NCBI GenBank assembly: GCA_963737065.1
Contig: CAVTRC010000001.1
Span: 992,001 to 1,056,000 of the forward strand
DNA from: Candidatus Eremiobacteria bacterium
Lineage (GTDB): Bacteria; Vulcanimicrobiota; Vulcanimicrobiia; Vulcanimicrobiales; Vulcanimicrobiaceae
Length of the DNA stretch: 64,000 bases
Direction of reading: 5' to 3'
Part shown: positions 30,088-41,126 of the stretch, piece by piece
Numbering within the stretch: the stretch's first letter is position 1
Layout: every line of letters starts with the position of its first letter
Notes under the pieces: model-generated
Told to the model about the DNA's origin: nothing
The model's database searches: none
The model's input: the letters and a program-made list of their open reading frames with translations, nothing else
Program-made: the position numbers and the translations under genes

Positions 30088-30881
30088 GGTCCCACCCCGT
30101 CTTCTTTGCCCAAACGATACCATCCGGTGATCATCGAGTTCATTTGATTGGTGACGCCTTGCGTGAGTACTTGAAACATGTGAATCGCAAAAAACGCGAG
30201 TAGCGCCAGCATCCCCGCGAAGTGCCAAAGCCGCGCGAATTGCCGTCCGCCGAAGAACCACGTGAGCGGTTGCGCGACCGCGTCGATGCCGGGTGAGAGC
30301 GCGAGACCCGTAAGGACAACCAGCGGAGCTACAACGAATCCGATCGCCGTATAAGAAGCCTTCTGCAGCGGATTGTACACACCGTGCGGCGGCGCTTCTT
30401 TGCGCAGATGGAAATAATAGGCTTGCATCGGCCAGAGTTTCGGCACGTCGCTCGGGCGCAAGATCATCTCTCGCAAATTCCCTTTGATGGCCGACGAGAT
30501 CAACCATGCTACCCAGCACGCCGCGGCTATCCAAGCGAAGAACAGATGCCACCGCCGGCCGTCGGCGAGAGCCTGATACGATGGAATGGTGATCCAGCCG
30601 GGAAACGCGCGCGCGCCGCGGCTGCCCATGCCGTCGTCGGTGTAGCCGAGCCAGCCGGTCGTCGTGACCGTGTGGCCGAAAATGGTCGCCGTCCCGACGC
30701 CTTGCGCGGGAGAAGCGATGGAGACCACCCGCCGCGCGGGATTCGATTTGTCCGATGCATCGAGATACGGCGCGGCGTTGAAAATCTGCAGTCCGCTCGA
30801 CACCAGCACGCCGAACGCAATCGCCCAAAGCCAGTGGCTTAGCCGCGTCGTAACCGCGTACCGATAAATCGTGCGTCCCAT
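30084..30881 (-). CDS. Cytochrome b/b6 domain membrane protein
   Basis: RLSHW, SGLQIFNA, RRWHLFFAW, YNPLQK, ARLWHF, IHMFQV heme ligands. Confidence 0.85.
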   Translation of the reverse strand: MGRTIYRYAVTTRLSHWLWAIAFGVLVSSGLQIFNAAPYLDASDKSNPARRVVSIASPAQGVGTATIFGHTVTTTGWLGYTDDGMGSRGARAFPGWITIPSYQALADGRRWHLFFAWIAAACWVAWLISSAIKGNLREMILRPSDVPKLWPMQAYYFHLRKEAPPHGVYNPLQKASYTAIGFVVAPLVVLTGLALSPGIDAVAQPLTWFFGGRQFARLWHFAGMLALLAFFAIHMFQVLTQGVTNQMNSMITGWYRLGKEDGVGP

Positions 30882-30943
30882 CTGCATACAAATATAACGC
30901 AGGCCAGGCACGAGCGGATGATAAGCCGAACGACACCGGGCCC

Positions 30944-31720
30944 ATGTCTACAGTGACGGTGTCCATACAAGCGCACGTAGCGCGCGTCACGCTCGCGCGG
31001 CCGGATGTTCGGAACGCATTCAACGCCGAAGTGATTCGCGAACTTCGCGACGGGTTCGCGCAGCTCGCGGACGATCCCGAGGTACGCGCCATCGTCCTTG
31101 CCGGCGAGGGCCCGTCCTTCTGCGGCGGAGCCGACATCAACTGGATGCGCGGTGCGCTCGACTTGAGTTACGACGAGAACCTTGCCGATGCCGAAGCGAT
31201 GAGTTTGATGTTTCGCGCGATCGATCGTTGCGCGAAACCCGTCATTGGGCGCATTCATGGTGCGGCGCTCGGCGGAGGCTCCGGACTCACGGCCGTCTGC
31301 GACATTGCGATTGCAAGCGACGACGCGCTTTTCGGGTTCACCGAAGTGAAACTCGGGATCATTCCGGCGGTGATTTCACCGTTTGTACTGGCGAAGATCG
31401 GTCCGTCGCACGCGCGCGCGTTATTTGTGACCGGCGAACGCTTCGACGCCGAGCGCGCCCGGCACATCGGGCTCGTGCATCGCGTCGTTCCGATCGACCG
31501 CCTTGACGCGGCAATCGACGAAACGCTCGCGCAACTCATGACGAGCGCCCCGCAAGCAGTCGCGGCCGCGAAAGCGCTGATTCCACGCGTGATGACCGCG
31601 TCGTACGATGAGACGCTCGGCATCACGAGCAGCGCGATCGCCCGTCAGCGAACGTTGCCCGAAGGACAAGAAGGCCTGCGCGCATTCCTCGAACGCCGGA
31701 AAGCGGCGTTCGCGCAATGA
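30944..31720 (+). CDS. liuC: Methylglutaconyl-CoA hydratase (enoyl-CoA hydratase family)
   Basis: RPDVRNAF, FCGGADINWM, ALGGG, EVKLGIIPAVISP, EGQEG; liu context. Confidence 0.85.
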   Translation: MSTVTVSIQAHVARVTLARPDVRNAFNAEVIRELRDGFAQLADDPEVRAIVLAGEGPSFCGGADINWMRGALDLSYDENLADAEAMSLMFRAIDRCAKPVIGRIHGAALGGGSGLTAVCDIAIASDDALFGFTEVKLGIIPAVISPFVLAKIGPSHARALFVTGERFDAERARHIGLVHRVVPIDRLDAAIDETLAQLMTSAPQAVAAAKALIPRVMTASYDETLGITSSAIARQRTLPEGQEGLRAFLERRKAAFAQ

Positions 31721-33618
31721 TTCAGCGTCTGCTGATCGCCAACCGCGGCGAGATCGCCGTCCGGGTTGCGCGGGGTGCGCGCGAAATGGGAATCGCGCCG
31801 CTCGGCATCTATTCGGACGCGGACGCAAACGCATATCATCTCACCGTAATGGACGATGCGCGCTGCGTCGGTCCCGCACCGGCGACCCAATCGTATCTCG
31901 ACATCGACGCAATCATTGCCGCAGCAATCAGCATGAACGCCGACGCCGTGCATCCCGGTTACGGCTTTCTTTCCGAACGTGCGGCGTTCGCGAAAGCAGT
32001 GCGCGATGCAGGGATGATTTTCGTCGGACCCTCTGCAGAAGCGATGGCAGCGATGGGCAGCAAGATCGAGGCGAAGCGCCGCGTCCGCGAATTCGACGTG
32101 CCGACGGTTCCCGGATACGACGGTGACGACCAGTCATCGGAACGCTTGCGCACGGAAGCGCAACGTATCGGATTTCCGGTACTCATCAAAGCGAGCGCGG
32201 GCGGCGGCGGACGCGGCATGCGCGTCGTCGACGCGATCGCTCAGTTCGACGAAGCACTCGCAGCCGCGAAACGTGAAGCGCTCGCGGCTTTCGGGGACGA
32301 TGCGGTGCTGCTAGAACGCTATTTGCGCGAACCGCGCCACATCGAGTTTCAAGTGCTCGCGGATTCGTTCGGAACGACGATACATCTCGGCGAGCGGGAA
32401 TGCTCGATCCAGCGCCGCCATCAGAAGATCGTCGAGGAAGCGCCGTCGGTTGCGCTCTCTCCGCAGCTACGCGCGGAAATGGGCGCGGCGGCCGTGCGCG
32501 CCGCACGATCCGTCGGATACGAGAACGCAGGCACGTGCGAGTTTATGCTCGATGGTGACGGCTCGTATTACTTCCTCGAGATGAACACGCGGCTGCAAGT
32601 CGAGCATCCGGTCACGGAATTGGTGTACGGCGTCGATCTCGTACATTGGCAACTGCGAATCGCGAACGGCGAGCGCCTTACGCTCTCGCAAGAAGACGTC
32701 CGCCCGCGCGGCTGGGCAATCGAAACGCGTATTTATGCTGAAGATCCGGCGAACCATATGCTTCCGTCGACGGGAACGATCACCGAATGGAAGCCGCCGG
32801 AAGGGCCCGGTATCCGCGTCGATTCGGGCGTGCAAACGGGAAGCGACGTCAGCGTCTACTACGATCCGATGCTCGCAAAGCTTATCGTGTACGGAACGGA
32901 ACGCGCACACGCAATCGCGCGGCTACAGCAAGCGCTCGAGCATTTCCGCATCGGCGGCGTTCGCGCGAACGTGCCGTTGCTGTCGTGGATCGCGCGCGAC
33001 GAGTGGTTTATCGAAGGACGCACGGCGACGAACTTCTTGGCCGAACGGCTGGATGAATCGATATTCTCGCGCAAGGAGGTCCCGCGCGACGCGGCCGTCG
33101 CCGTTGCAGCCACAATGCTTGCGAACGGCGACATTCCGTGGCGCATGGGCGGGGTCGGCATGCCGATTCGTCTGACGTCGGACGGCGCGACGTTCATCGC
33201 GGCAGCCGATGCAACGAACGATCCGAACGTTTTCCGGTTGAGTGGAGATTTCGACGGTGAGATCGACGTTCGCAAAGTTCAAGGAAACGTCGAGCGAAGC
33301 GCCCGCGAGTGGATCGCACATCTGGAGCACCGCGCGTATCGCTTCGAACGTATAGCGCCCCCCTCGGCGCACGGCGCCAGCGGTGTCGCCGGCGCAGCCG
33401 GCGCGGACGGCAGCGTGACCGCGCCGATGCCCGGCAAGATCGTAAAAATCGCCGTGCAGGAGGGCGACCGTGTCGCGGACCGCGCGCTCTTGCTCGTGCT
33501 CGAAGCGATGAAGATGGAACACCGCATCGAGTCCTCCCTCGATGCGACGGTTCGCGCGGTCCTCGTAAAAGAAGGCGATATCGTTCCGGGTGGCGCGCCG
33601 CTAATGGAACTCGCCTGA
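31717..33618 (+). CDS. liuD: 3-methylcrotonyl-CoA carboxylase alpha (biotin carboxylase/BCCP) subunit
   Basis: IANRGEIA, HPGYGFLSE, GGGGRGMR, EMNTRLQVEHPVTE, EAMKME biotin site. Confidence 0.92.
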   Translation: MIQRLLIANRGEIAVRVARGAREMGIAPLGIYSDADANAYHLTVMDDARCVGPAPATQSYLDIDAIIAAAISMNADAVHPGYGFLSERAAFAKAVRDAGMIFVGPSAEAMAAMGSKIEAKRRVREFDVPTVPGYDGDDQSSERLRTEAQRIGFPVLIKASAGGGGRGMRVVDAIAQFDEALAAAKREALAAFGDDAVLLERYLREPRHIEFQVLADSFGTTIHLGERECSIQRRHQKIVEEAPSVALSPQLRAEMGAAAVRAARSVGYENAGTCEFMLDGDGSYYFLEMNTRLQVEHPVTELVYGVDLVHWQLRIANGERLTLSQEDVRPRGWAIETRIYAEDPANHMLPSTGTITEWKPPEGPGIRVDSGVQTGSDVSVYYDPMLAKLIVYGTERAHAIARLQQALEHFRIGGVRANVPLLSWIARDEWFIEGRTATNFLAERLDESIFSRKEVPRDAAVAVAATMLANGDIPWRMGGVGMPIRLTSDGATFIAAADATNDPNVFRLSGDFDGEIDVRKVQGNVERSAREWIAHLEHRAYRFERIAPPSAHGASGVAGAAGADGSVTAPMPGKIVKIAVQEGDRVADRALLLVLEAMKMEHRIESSLDATVRAVLVKEGDIVPGGAPLMELA

Positions 33619-33642
33619 CTCGCGATGCGGTCATAAGAGCGT

Positions 33643-34575
33643 ATGGCACTGCCGAAATTCGTCAAACTCGTCGAGATGGGACCGCGCGACGGCCTTCAAA
33701 ACGAACACGCCGTGATCTCGACCGACGACAAGGTGCGCTACATCGATCTTCTTTCCGAGACCGGCTTGCAGTGGATTGAAGCGACATCGTTCGTCAGTCC
33801 CAAGGCTATTCCGCAGCTCGCGGATGCGAGCGATGTTTTTTCGCGGATTCGCAAAGCACACGGCGTGCGCTATCCGGTGCTCGTGCCGAACATGAAGGGC
33901 TACGAGCGCGCGAAAGCTGCGGGCGTCGATGCAGTTGCCGTCTTCACCGCAGCGTCGGAGACGTTCACGAAGCGCAATATTAACATGACGATCGACGAGT
34001 CGCTCGAAACGTTTCGCGACGTCGTGCGGGCTGCGAGAAACGACGGCATGTGCGTGCGCGGCTACGTCTCAACGGCATTCGGTTCACCGTTCGGCGACCA
34101 CGTAACGCCCGCTATGGTCGTTGACGTAAGCGTGAAGCTGATGGAAATGGGCTGCGACGAGTTGTCGATAGGCGATACGATTGGTATCGGCGTGCCGAGC
34201 CAGCTCGACGACTTGATTCCCGCGCTTGCGAAGAAAATTTCGCTCGATCAGATAGCATTCCATTTTCATGACACGCGCGGTACTGCGCTCGCGAATATCT
34301 ATGCCTCGCTGCAGCACGGCGTTCATATCTTCGATAGTTCGGCCGGCGGCCTCGGCGGATGTCCGTACGCACCGGGCGCAACGGGAAACGTGGGAACGGA
34401 GGACGTCATCTACTTCCTGCACTCGATGAAGGTCGACACCGGTGTGGACCTGGGCAAAGTACGAGCCGCATCACGCTTCATCCGCGGCGTTCTCGATCAC
34501 GATCTAACGAGCAAAGCGTTCCAAGCGTTCGAGGCAGCCGATGCGCGCCTGGCCGCGACAACGACCGCTCCGTGA
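33643..34575 (+). CDS. liuE: Hydroxymethylglutaryl-CoA lyase
   Basis: GPRDGLQNE, TSFVSPK, HFHDTRG, GLGGCPYAPGATGN. Confidence 0.93.
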   Translation: MALPKFVKLVEMGPRDGLQNEHAVISTDDKVRYIDLLSETGLQWIEATSFVSPKAIPQLADASDVFSRIRKAHGVRYPVLVPNMKGYERAKAAGVDAVAVFTAASETFTKRNINMTIDESLETFRDVVRAARNDGMCVRGYVSTAFGSPFGDHVTPAMVVDVSVKLMEMGCDELSIGDTIGIGVPSQLDDLIPALAKKISLDQIAFHFHDTRGTALANIYASLQHGVHIFDSSAGGLGGCPYAPGATGNVGTEDVIYFLHSMKVDTGVDLGKVRAASRFIRGVLDHDLTSKAFQAFEAADARLAATTTAP

Positions 34576-35732
34576 TCCTTCGCGCCGGCATACTCTACGA
34601 CGGCACTCTGGACGAGCCGCGCCGCAACGTCGATGTCGAGATCGATGAGGGACGCGTCGTCGACGTTCGCAGCGCAGGGGATGGAACGGCGTACGACCGT
34701 TCCGCGCCGTGCGTTACGCCGGGTTTGGTGAACGCGCACGTTCATCTCGAAATGAGTGGTGAGCCCAATACGATGGCCGCAATCGCGTCGATGACGCAAA
34801 ACCAGCGGGTGTTGCACGCTGTCGAAAATGTGGCGAAAACGTTGCGCTCGGGCGTGACGACGGTGCGCGACGTTGGTTCAAGCTACGGAATTGCTGCCGA
34901 TATTCGCGACGCCATCCAGGCGGACCGCATTCCCGGGCCACGGATGCGCGTTTCCGGGTACGTGTTGTGCATGACCGGCGGACACGGGTATTTCGTCGGC
35001 CGCGAAATCGATGGGCCATGGGATGCCCGCAAAGCCGTTCGCGAACAGATGAAGGGCGGCGCCGATTGCATCAAGATGATCGCGACCGGCGGTGTGTTGA
35101 CCAAAGGCGCCGTCCCGGGAATCGCACAATTAATGCCGGAAGAACTCGCCGCCGGAATCGACGAAGCGCATCGCCACGGACTGCGCGTCGCGTCGCACGC
35201 GATCGGAACCGAAGGGATTAAGAACGCACTGCGCGCCGGAATCGATTCGATCGAACATGGGCACTTACTCGACGATGAGGCGATCGAACTCTTCAAAGCA
35301 AACGGCGCCTACCTCGTGCCGACGTTGACTGCACCGACATGTATCCTGGAACAAGCGCATCGCGGTGCGCAGCCGGAGTTCGTCGTACGCAAAGCGCAAG
35401 CGCTGGCAGACGCAATGGCGTCCAACGTTCGCCGCGCATACGAGGCGGGCGTCAAAGTGGCCGGCGGTTCCGACGCGGGCACACCGTACAACTACCACGA
35501 TAGATATGCGTACGAAGTCGAGTTGATGCACGAAATGCTCGGGATGACGCCGCAGGCTGCGCTGCATGCCGCAACCGCCGTCGCAGCTGAGTTGATCGGC
35601 CTACATCGCGGCATCGTAGCGGCCGGCGAACCTGCGGATATTCTGTTATTAAACGACGACGCCGGTTCGAACATCCGCGCGCTCCGCGAACCAGCTGCCG
35701 TTATGAAAGCCGGCGTATTCGTGAGTGCATGA
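34572..35732 (+). CDS. Metal-dependent amidohydrolase (Xaa-Pro dipeptidase-like)
   Basis: PGLVNAHVH, GVTTVRDVG, IKMIATGGV, SHAIG, SIEHG, GSDAGT. Confidence 0.88.
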   Translation: MILRAGILYDGTLDEPRRNVDVEIDEGRVVDVRSAGDGTAYDRSAPCVTPGLVNAHVHLEMSGEPNTMAAIASMTQNQRVLHAVENVAKTLRSGVTTVRDVGSSYGIAADIRDAIQADRIPGPRMRVSGYVLCMTGGHGYFVGREIDGPWDARKAVREQMKGGADCIKMIATGGVLTKGAVPGIAQLMPEELAAGIDEAHRHGLRVASHAIGTEGIKNALRAGIDSIEHGHLLDDEAIELFKANGAYLVPTLTAPTCILEQAHRGAQPEFVVRKAQALADAMASNVRRAYEAGVKVAGGSDAGTPYNYHDRYAYEVELMHEMLGMTPQAALHAATAVAAELIGLHRGIVAAGEPADILLLNDDAGSNIRALREPAAVMKAGVFVSA

Positions 35733-36889
35733 GCGCGGTGACCGATCTCACCGGGCTCAACCTCGCGGTCCTCGCGCCGATTTCGTGGCCGGCGCCGCCT
35801 CCCGGGTATGGGCCGTGGGAGCAAATCGCATTCAATATCGCCGACGGCATGCGAAAACGCGGGGCCAACGTTACGCTCTTCGCGCCCGGTAATTCGCGGT
35901 TCAAAGGCCATGTCGCTTCGGTGATTCCGGTCGGTGTGAATCAAGATCCGGCGCTCAACGCCGACGTGTTTACCGCCCTCCATATCGGTGAACTGATGCG
36001 CCGCGCGCACGAATTCGATCTTATTCACAATAACTTCGACTGGAAGCCGATGACGTACGCGCTTGGATCGAAATCGCCGCCGATATTGACGACGATCCAT
36101 GGATTCTCATCGCCGCAGATTCTGGCGGCGTATTACGCATGCGCCTGGCGCAGTTTTTTCTGTTCGATCAGCAATGCCGATCGCGATCCGGGGCTCTCGT
36201 ATCTCGCCACGACATACAACGGGATCGATCCGTCCGAATTTACGTTCAATCCGAACCCCGGAAACTATCTCGTTTTTCTGGGCCGTTTCCATCCCGAAAA
36301 AGGGACGCATCTGGCGATCGAGATCGCAAAGCGCGCCGGCGTGCGTTTGAAGATTGCCGCGATACACCAAGATGAGGCGTACTATCGCGAACGCGTCGAG
36401 CCGCACATCGACGGCGACCAGATTCAGTATCTCGGCGCCGTCGAACGCGACGCGCGCAATGACCTCTTGAGCAACGCGCTCGCGCTGGTACACATGACGA
36501 CGCGCCCGGAGCGCTTTGGTCTAACGATGATCGAAGCAATGTCGTGCGGCACGCCGGTCCTCGGCGCTAATATGGGTTCCGTACCGGAGATCGTCGTCGA
36601 CGGCGTTACCGGCTATCTCTGCGACAATGTCGTTGAAGCGGTCAAACGGGTTCCGCAACTGTCCGGGTTGGATCGGGAAGCGTGCCGCCGTCGCGTCGAA
36701 ACCACCTTCACCGTCGAGAAGATGATCGACCGTTACGTGAATGCGTATGAAGCCGCGTTGGAACAACGGCTTCCGGTCGAGCCCACGGAAGAACAGTTTC
36801 GCTGGCGCAGTCGCGACTGGTGGGACCGTCCGATGGCGTACACCGATATTCCGGAAAAACCGCGCAGTCTCGTTTTTGATCGCGCGTGA
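35729..36889 (+). CDS. Glycosyltransferase family 4
   Basis: PPPGYGPWE, LGRFHPEKG, ERFGLTMIEAMSCGTPV. Confidence 0.9.
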   Translation: MSAVTDLTGLNLAVLAPISWPAPPPGYGPWEQIAFNIADGMRKRGANVTLFAPGNSRFKGHVASVIPVGVNQDPALNADVFTALHIGELMRRAHEFDLIHNNFDWKPMTYALGSKSPPILTTIHGFSSPQILAAYYACAWRSFFCSISNADRDPGLSYLATTYNGIDPSEFTFNPNPGNYLVFLGRFHPEKGTHLAIEIAKRAGVRLKIAAIHQDEAYYRERVEPHIDGDQIQYLGAVERDARNDLLSNALALVHMTTRPERFGLTMIEAMSCGTPVLGANMGSVPEIVVDGVTGYLCDNVVEAVKRVPQLSGLDREACRRRVETTFTVEKMIDRYVNAYEAALEQRLPVEPTEEQFRWRSRDWWDRPMAYTDIPEKPRSLVFDRA

Positions 36890-36933
36890 GCCGGCCACCA
36901 GCCCGCAACCATTAGCCTGAGCTACACGATGGG

Positions 36934-37134
36934 CTACGTGGTCTTCTCGTCTCCCTGACTCGCGGTCCGTGCCACTCCTCGAACGTTATCCGAATCGTCT
37001 GCGCACGCCGCATGACCGCATTGACAATGCGCATTGTCGTTTGACGCCTTGCACTGCTCGCTGCAATACTGGCCTTGAGTGCCGACCTGGCATTTGCAGC
37101 CGTCGCCACGGCAGTTGTTTGTTGAGCCTTCCAT
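36934..37134 (-). CDS. Bacterial metallothionein-like protein (SmtA/BmtA-type)
   Basis: C-x4-CxC...YCSEQC...HCQCGHAAC; 8 Cys and 2 His in the first 44 aa. Confidence 0.72.
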   Translation of the reverse strand: MEGSTNNCRGDGCKCQVGTQGQYCSEQCKASNDNAHCQCGHAACADDSDNVRGVARTASQGDEKTT

Positions 37135-37197
37135 CGCTCAAAGCTACCCTGTCCGTCACACTTTATAACGTTCGGCAAGCGTGTGCCGTTTGCGACG

Positions 37198-38328
37198 TCA
37201 TTCCCAATACAGCAACGCATGCGCAGCGTGCGCGCGTGCAATGGTGCGCTCGTCGATCGGTCCGTCGACGAGCATCGTGAAATGTCCCATCTTACGGCGC
37301 GCAACCGCGTGGCGCTTTCCGTAGACGTGCAACACGATGGACGGATCGCGCAGTAGCTCGTCGACGCCGTGCAACTGATCGCCCGTGCCCGCGCCGAGAA
37401 CGTTCATCATGATCGCGTTCGAGAACAGGCGCGGCTCCGAAAGCGGCAAATTACAGATCGCGCGTACGTGCTGCTCGTATTGACTGCACTGCGTTACGTC
37501 GATCGTATAGTGCCCGCTGTTGTGCGGACGCGGCGCAATCTCGTTGACGAGCAGTTCGTCGGCGCCGGTCACAAAAAGCTCGACGCAGTAGGTGCCGACG
37601 ATGTCAAGACGCTTCCCGATCGTGGTCGCGATCTCCGCAGCAGTGCGGGCAACGGCGTCGGTAACTCGTGCGCGAACCATCGTTGTGGCAAGGATTCCGG
37701 CATCGTGCACGTTCTCGCCGGGAAAATACGTAACGACTTCATCGCGCGCGTTGCGGGTCGCGACGACGCTAAGCTCGCGGACGAACGGAACGAACCGTTC
37801 CCAAATCAACGGCGCACCGTTTGCGGCCGCAAAACCTTCTTGCGCTTCCTCGATGGACCGCACGCGCCATTGGCCTTTGCCGTCGTAACCGCCGCGCGTC
37901 GTCTTCAAAATCGCGGGAAAACCGATCTCCGCCGCTGCACGCGCGACGTCGCCGGACGTCGAAACTTCTGCAAAATCAGCTGTTGCGATGCCACAGCTGC
38001 GGACGAAGCGTTTTTCAAGCAGACGATCCTGCGTGATGCGAAGCACTTCGCTTGACGGGGTCACGCGGTAGGCGTGCTGCTCCAGATATTGCACCGATTC
38101 GATTGCGATATTTTCGAATTCGTACGTGACGATATCGGTCATCTTCCCCAGACGTTCGATGGCGGAAAGATCGTCGTACGAAGCGACGATCTGCTCGTCG
38201 GCGACTTGCCCGCACGGCGAATGCTCTTGCGGATCGAGCGTGACGACGTGATAGCCCATGCGTTTCGCGTCGAGGGCGAACATGCGGCCGAGTTGACCGC
38301 CGCCGATGACGCCGATCGACGAAATCAC
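37198..38328 (-). CDS. purK: N5-carboxyaminoimidazole ribonucleotide synthase
   Basis: [41 protein letters not shown]. Confidence 0.95.
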   Translation of the reverse strand: MISSIGVIGGGQLGRMFALDAKRMGYHVVTLDPQEHSPCGQVADEQIVASYDDLSAIERLGKMTDIVTYEFENIAIESVQYLEQHAYRVTPSSEVLRITQDRLLEKRFVRSCGIATADFAEVSTSGDVARAAAEIGFPAILKTTRGGYDGKGQWRVRSIEEAQEGFAAANGAPLIWERFVPFVRELSVVATRNARDEVVTYFPGENVHDAGILATTMVRARVTDAVARTAAEIATTIGKRLDIVGTYCVELFVTGADELLVNEIAPRPHNSGHYTIDVTQCSQYEQHVRAICNLPLSEPRLFSNAIMMNVLGAGTGDQLHGVDELLRDPSIVLHVYGKRHAVARRKMGHFTMLVDGPIDERTIARAHAAHALLYWE

Positions 38329-38813
38329 GGCGTACTCTGCGCAGCAGCATCGTGCATCCGCGAAACGTAACCGGCGAGGCGCTGCGCGATACCGCCGTCC
38401 TGCAGCGCGAGAATGCGCGCCGCAAACAATGCGGCATTTGCGGCGCCGTCGATCGCCATCGTTGCAACGGGGACGCCGGGCGGCATCTGCGCGACCGAGA
38501 GCAACGAATCCATCCCGTTCAACGCACGCGTCTTGACCGGCACGCCGATCACCGGCACGAGCGTCTTAGCAGCGGTCATTCCCGGAAGATGCGCGGCGCC
38601 GCCGGCGCCCGCGATGATGACCGCGATTCCGCGCTCGCGTGCCGTTGCGGCGTACTCGAACATTTCATCGGGCATGCGGTGCGCCGATACGACGCGCACT
38701 TCGCAGGGTATGTCTAATTCAGCGAGCGTTTCACTCGCGGCGGACATCGTTTCCCAATCGGAACGGCTGCCCATAATTATACCGATCCGTGGATTGCCGG
38801 TCGCTTGCGTCAT
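38325..38813 (-). CDS. purE: N5-CAIR mutase
   Basis: [34 protein letters not shown]. Confidence 0.95.
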   Translation of the reverse strand: MTQATGNPRIGIIMGSRSDWETMSAASETLAELDIPCEVRVVSAHRMPDEMFEYAATARERGIAVIIAGAGGAAHLPGMTAAKTLVPVIGVPVKTRALNGMDSLLSVAQMPPGVPVATMAIDGAANAALFAARILALQDGGIAQRLAGYVSRMHDAAAQSTP

Positions 38814-38854
38814 CGTGCAGGCGCTTCTCGCCGGAACGGAGGACAACCTACGAC

Positions 38855-40078
38855 ATGCCGGTCTTTCAGCTTGGTGTCAACTACTGGCCACGACGCAGTG
38901 CGATGTACATGTGGCAGCGCTTTGACATTGGTGAGATTAGCGAAGATCTTGCGCGGATAAAGTCGCTCGGTCTGCATGTCGTTCGCTTCTTTTTGATGTG
39001 GGACGCATTTCAGCCGGCGCCGGACCGCATGGACGAAAAGGTGCTGCGCTGCTTCGACGCGGTGATGCAAGCCATCGCCGATGCCGGCTTGCACGCGATT
39101 CCGACCCTCTACACCGGACACATGAGCGGCGTGAACTGGCTGCCGCACTGGTCGCTCGATCCGGACACGCCGCACGGGCGTTTCCGCACGATTGCGAGCG
39201 GTGAAACGTCCCCGTACGGCATCGGCGATTTCTACGCCGATCCGGAATTGCTCGACGCGCAGGCGTTCTTCGCACAACGCGTCGGCGAACGCGTCCGCGA
39301 ACATCCGGCGTTGCTCGTCTGGGATCTCGGCAATGAATTTTCGAATCTTCGCGAGCCAAACACGCCAACGGATGCCGCAGCGTGGAGTGCGCGCCTCACC
39401 GATGTGCTGCTACACGCGTCCGGACGCGGCGTAACGGGCGGAACGCACGGTGAAGACGTAGAGCGAGACCGCCACTTGCGCCCCTCGTCGCTTGCATCGC
39501 CGTGGGAAATTGCGACGATGCATGGCTATTCAGTCTACGCGACCTTCTCGCGCGGCCGATTAGATTCGAACGTGGTTCCGTTTTATGCACGCCTAATCGA
39601 GTCGTTCACCGGCAAACCCCTCCTCTTCAGCGAATTCGGCAATCCGACATGTCCACCGGGAACCGTCTCGCCATACGATCGCGAACCGTTGCCGGGCGAA
39701 CCGAAACCATCGCATGAAAGTCTGCCGCCCAACGCCGCAGCATACGCGTGCCTCACGGAAGACGAAATGGCGACGTACTGCGAACAGGTCGTCGAGAAGC
39801 TTCACGAGCAAGGCGCAATCGGGGCCCTATGGTGGTGCTGGGCCGATTACGATTCGTCGCTGGCTGATCTTCCGCCGTTCGACCGCGCGAAACACGAGCT
39901 GCACTTCGGGATGATTCGAAACGACGGTTCATACAAACCCGTCGCGACAAAACTTGCCGATATTGCGAAACGTGCGTGGCACGCCGAACCGCAACAAGCG
40001 CCGATTGCGAATGAAACGGAATTCTATGCCTCGCTTCCCGGCAGCATCAATGCGCTCTATCATCATTACCGGGGCTAG
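38855..40078 (+). CDS. Clan GH-A glycoside hydrolase (GH5-like, beta-mannanase-like)
   Basis: GVNYWP, TGHMSG.NW, WDLGNE (acid/base), HGY, FSEFG (nucleophile), WWCW. Confidence 0.8.
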   Translation: MPVFQLGVNYWPRRSAMYMWQRFDIGEISEDLARIKSLGLHVVRFFLMWDAFQPAPDRMDEKVLRCFDAVMQAIADAGLHAIPTLYTGHMSGVNWLPHWSLDPDTPHGRFRTIASGETSPYGIGDFYADPELLDAQAFFAQRVGERVREHPALLVWDLGNEFSNLREPNTPTDAAAWSARLTDVLLHASGRGVTGGTHGEDVERDRHLRPSSLASPWEIATMHGYSVYATFSRGRLDSNVVPFYARLIESFTGKPLLFSEFGNPTCPPGTVSPYDREPLPGEPKPSHESLPPNAAAYACLTEDEMATYCEQVVEKLHEQGAIGALWWCWADYDSSLADLPPFDRAKHELHFGMIRNDGSYKPVATKLADIAKRAWHAEPQQAPIANETEFYASLPGSINALYHHYRG

Positions 40079-41126
40079 TTCCGGTATCGGCGCGGCACTC
40101 GCGCGCTTGTGTCTCGACCGCGGGTGGAACGTTCTCGCGGTCGCGCGCCGCGCGGAGCGGCTCGGTTCGCTCGCGCCGAACGCGCATTGCGCGGTGCTGC
40201 CGCTTGATGTTACGGCAAGCGGTGCCGCGTCGCGCATCGTCAGCGAAGCGATGCAGCGGTTCTCTCGCATCGACGTCGTCGTTAATAATGCCGGCGTTGG
40301 TCATCCGGGTACGCTGCTCGAGCAGACCGACGCGGAGATCGAGGCGCAATGGCAACTGAACGTTGCAGCACCGCTGCGCATTGCACGCGCGGCATTACCG
40401 CATGTGCGCGCGCAGCGCGGCGGATTCGTATTTGTGGGTTCCGGCCTCGCGCGTGTGCCGGCGCCGGGCTACGGCGCGTACGCTTCGGCGAAAGCGGCGA
40501 TTCGTGCGGCGAGCATGCAGTTACGACGCGAGTTGCGCGCGCACGACGTGTTCGTCACATACGTCGATCCCGGCGTGGTCGACACAGAGTTCTCGCTCGC
40601 GTCCGGAATGAAACCGCAGCCGGCATGGTGGCACGCAGCACCGGAATCGGTTGCCGCGGCGATGCTTCGCGGCATCGAGCGCCGCGCGCCCCGCGTAAAC
40701 GGCGTCTGGTGGCAAACGGCCGGCACGGTTGCCGGCGAATGGTTTCCCGCGCTTGCGGACGCAGCCATGACGCAAATCGTGACGCCACCCGCCACCGCTT
40801 CGCTGACCGCGGTTACGGAGAAACCTTCCGCAGCGCAGCCGCAAGAGCCGGACCGCGCAACGACGTCGAACGAATTCGATGCGGCGCTCGAACCGGTGCG
40901 CCGCAGAATGGAGCGAGTGAAACTTCCGGAATCATTCGTACGTTCGCTGCTCGTAACCGGCGAGACGATCGACTTGAATGACGCCGCCATGCGCTGGGCC
41001 GGAATGCCGAACAAAAACGAACGGGCGGCGTTGCACGAAGTGCTGCATGCACTTGCCGGCGCCGGCTATTTGGAAATGGAGTCTGACGATCGATGGAGAG
41101 TCTTGCGCGAACCGCAGCCGGTCTAA
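40050..41126 (+). CDS. Short-chain dehydrogenase with extra C-terminal domain
   Basis: [17 protein letters not shown]; low-complexity linker then about 80 extra aa. Confidence 0.85.
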   Translation: MRSIIITGASSGIGAALARLCLDRGWNVLAVARRAERLGSLAPNAHCAVLPLDVTASGAASRIVSEAMQRFSRIDVVVNNAGVGHPGTLLEQTDAEIEAQWQLNVAAPLRIARAALPHVRAQRGGFVFVGSGLARVPAPGYGAYASAKAAIRAASMQLRRELRAHDVFVTYVDPGVVDTEFSLASGMKPQPAWWHAAPESVAAAMLRGIERRAPRVNGVWWQTAGTVAGEWFPALADAAMTQIVTPPATASLTAVTEKPSAAQPQEPDRATTSNEFDAALEPVRRRMERVKLPESFVRSLLVTGETIDLNDAAMRWAGMPNKNERAALHEVLHALAGAGYLEMESDDRWRVLREPQPV

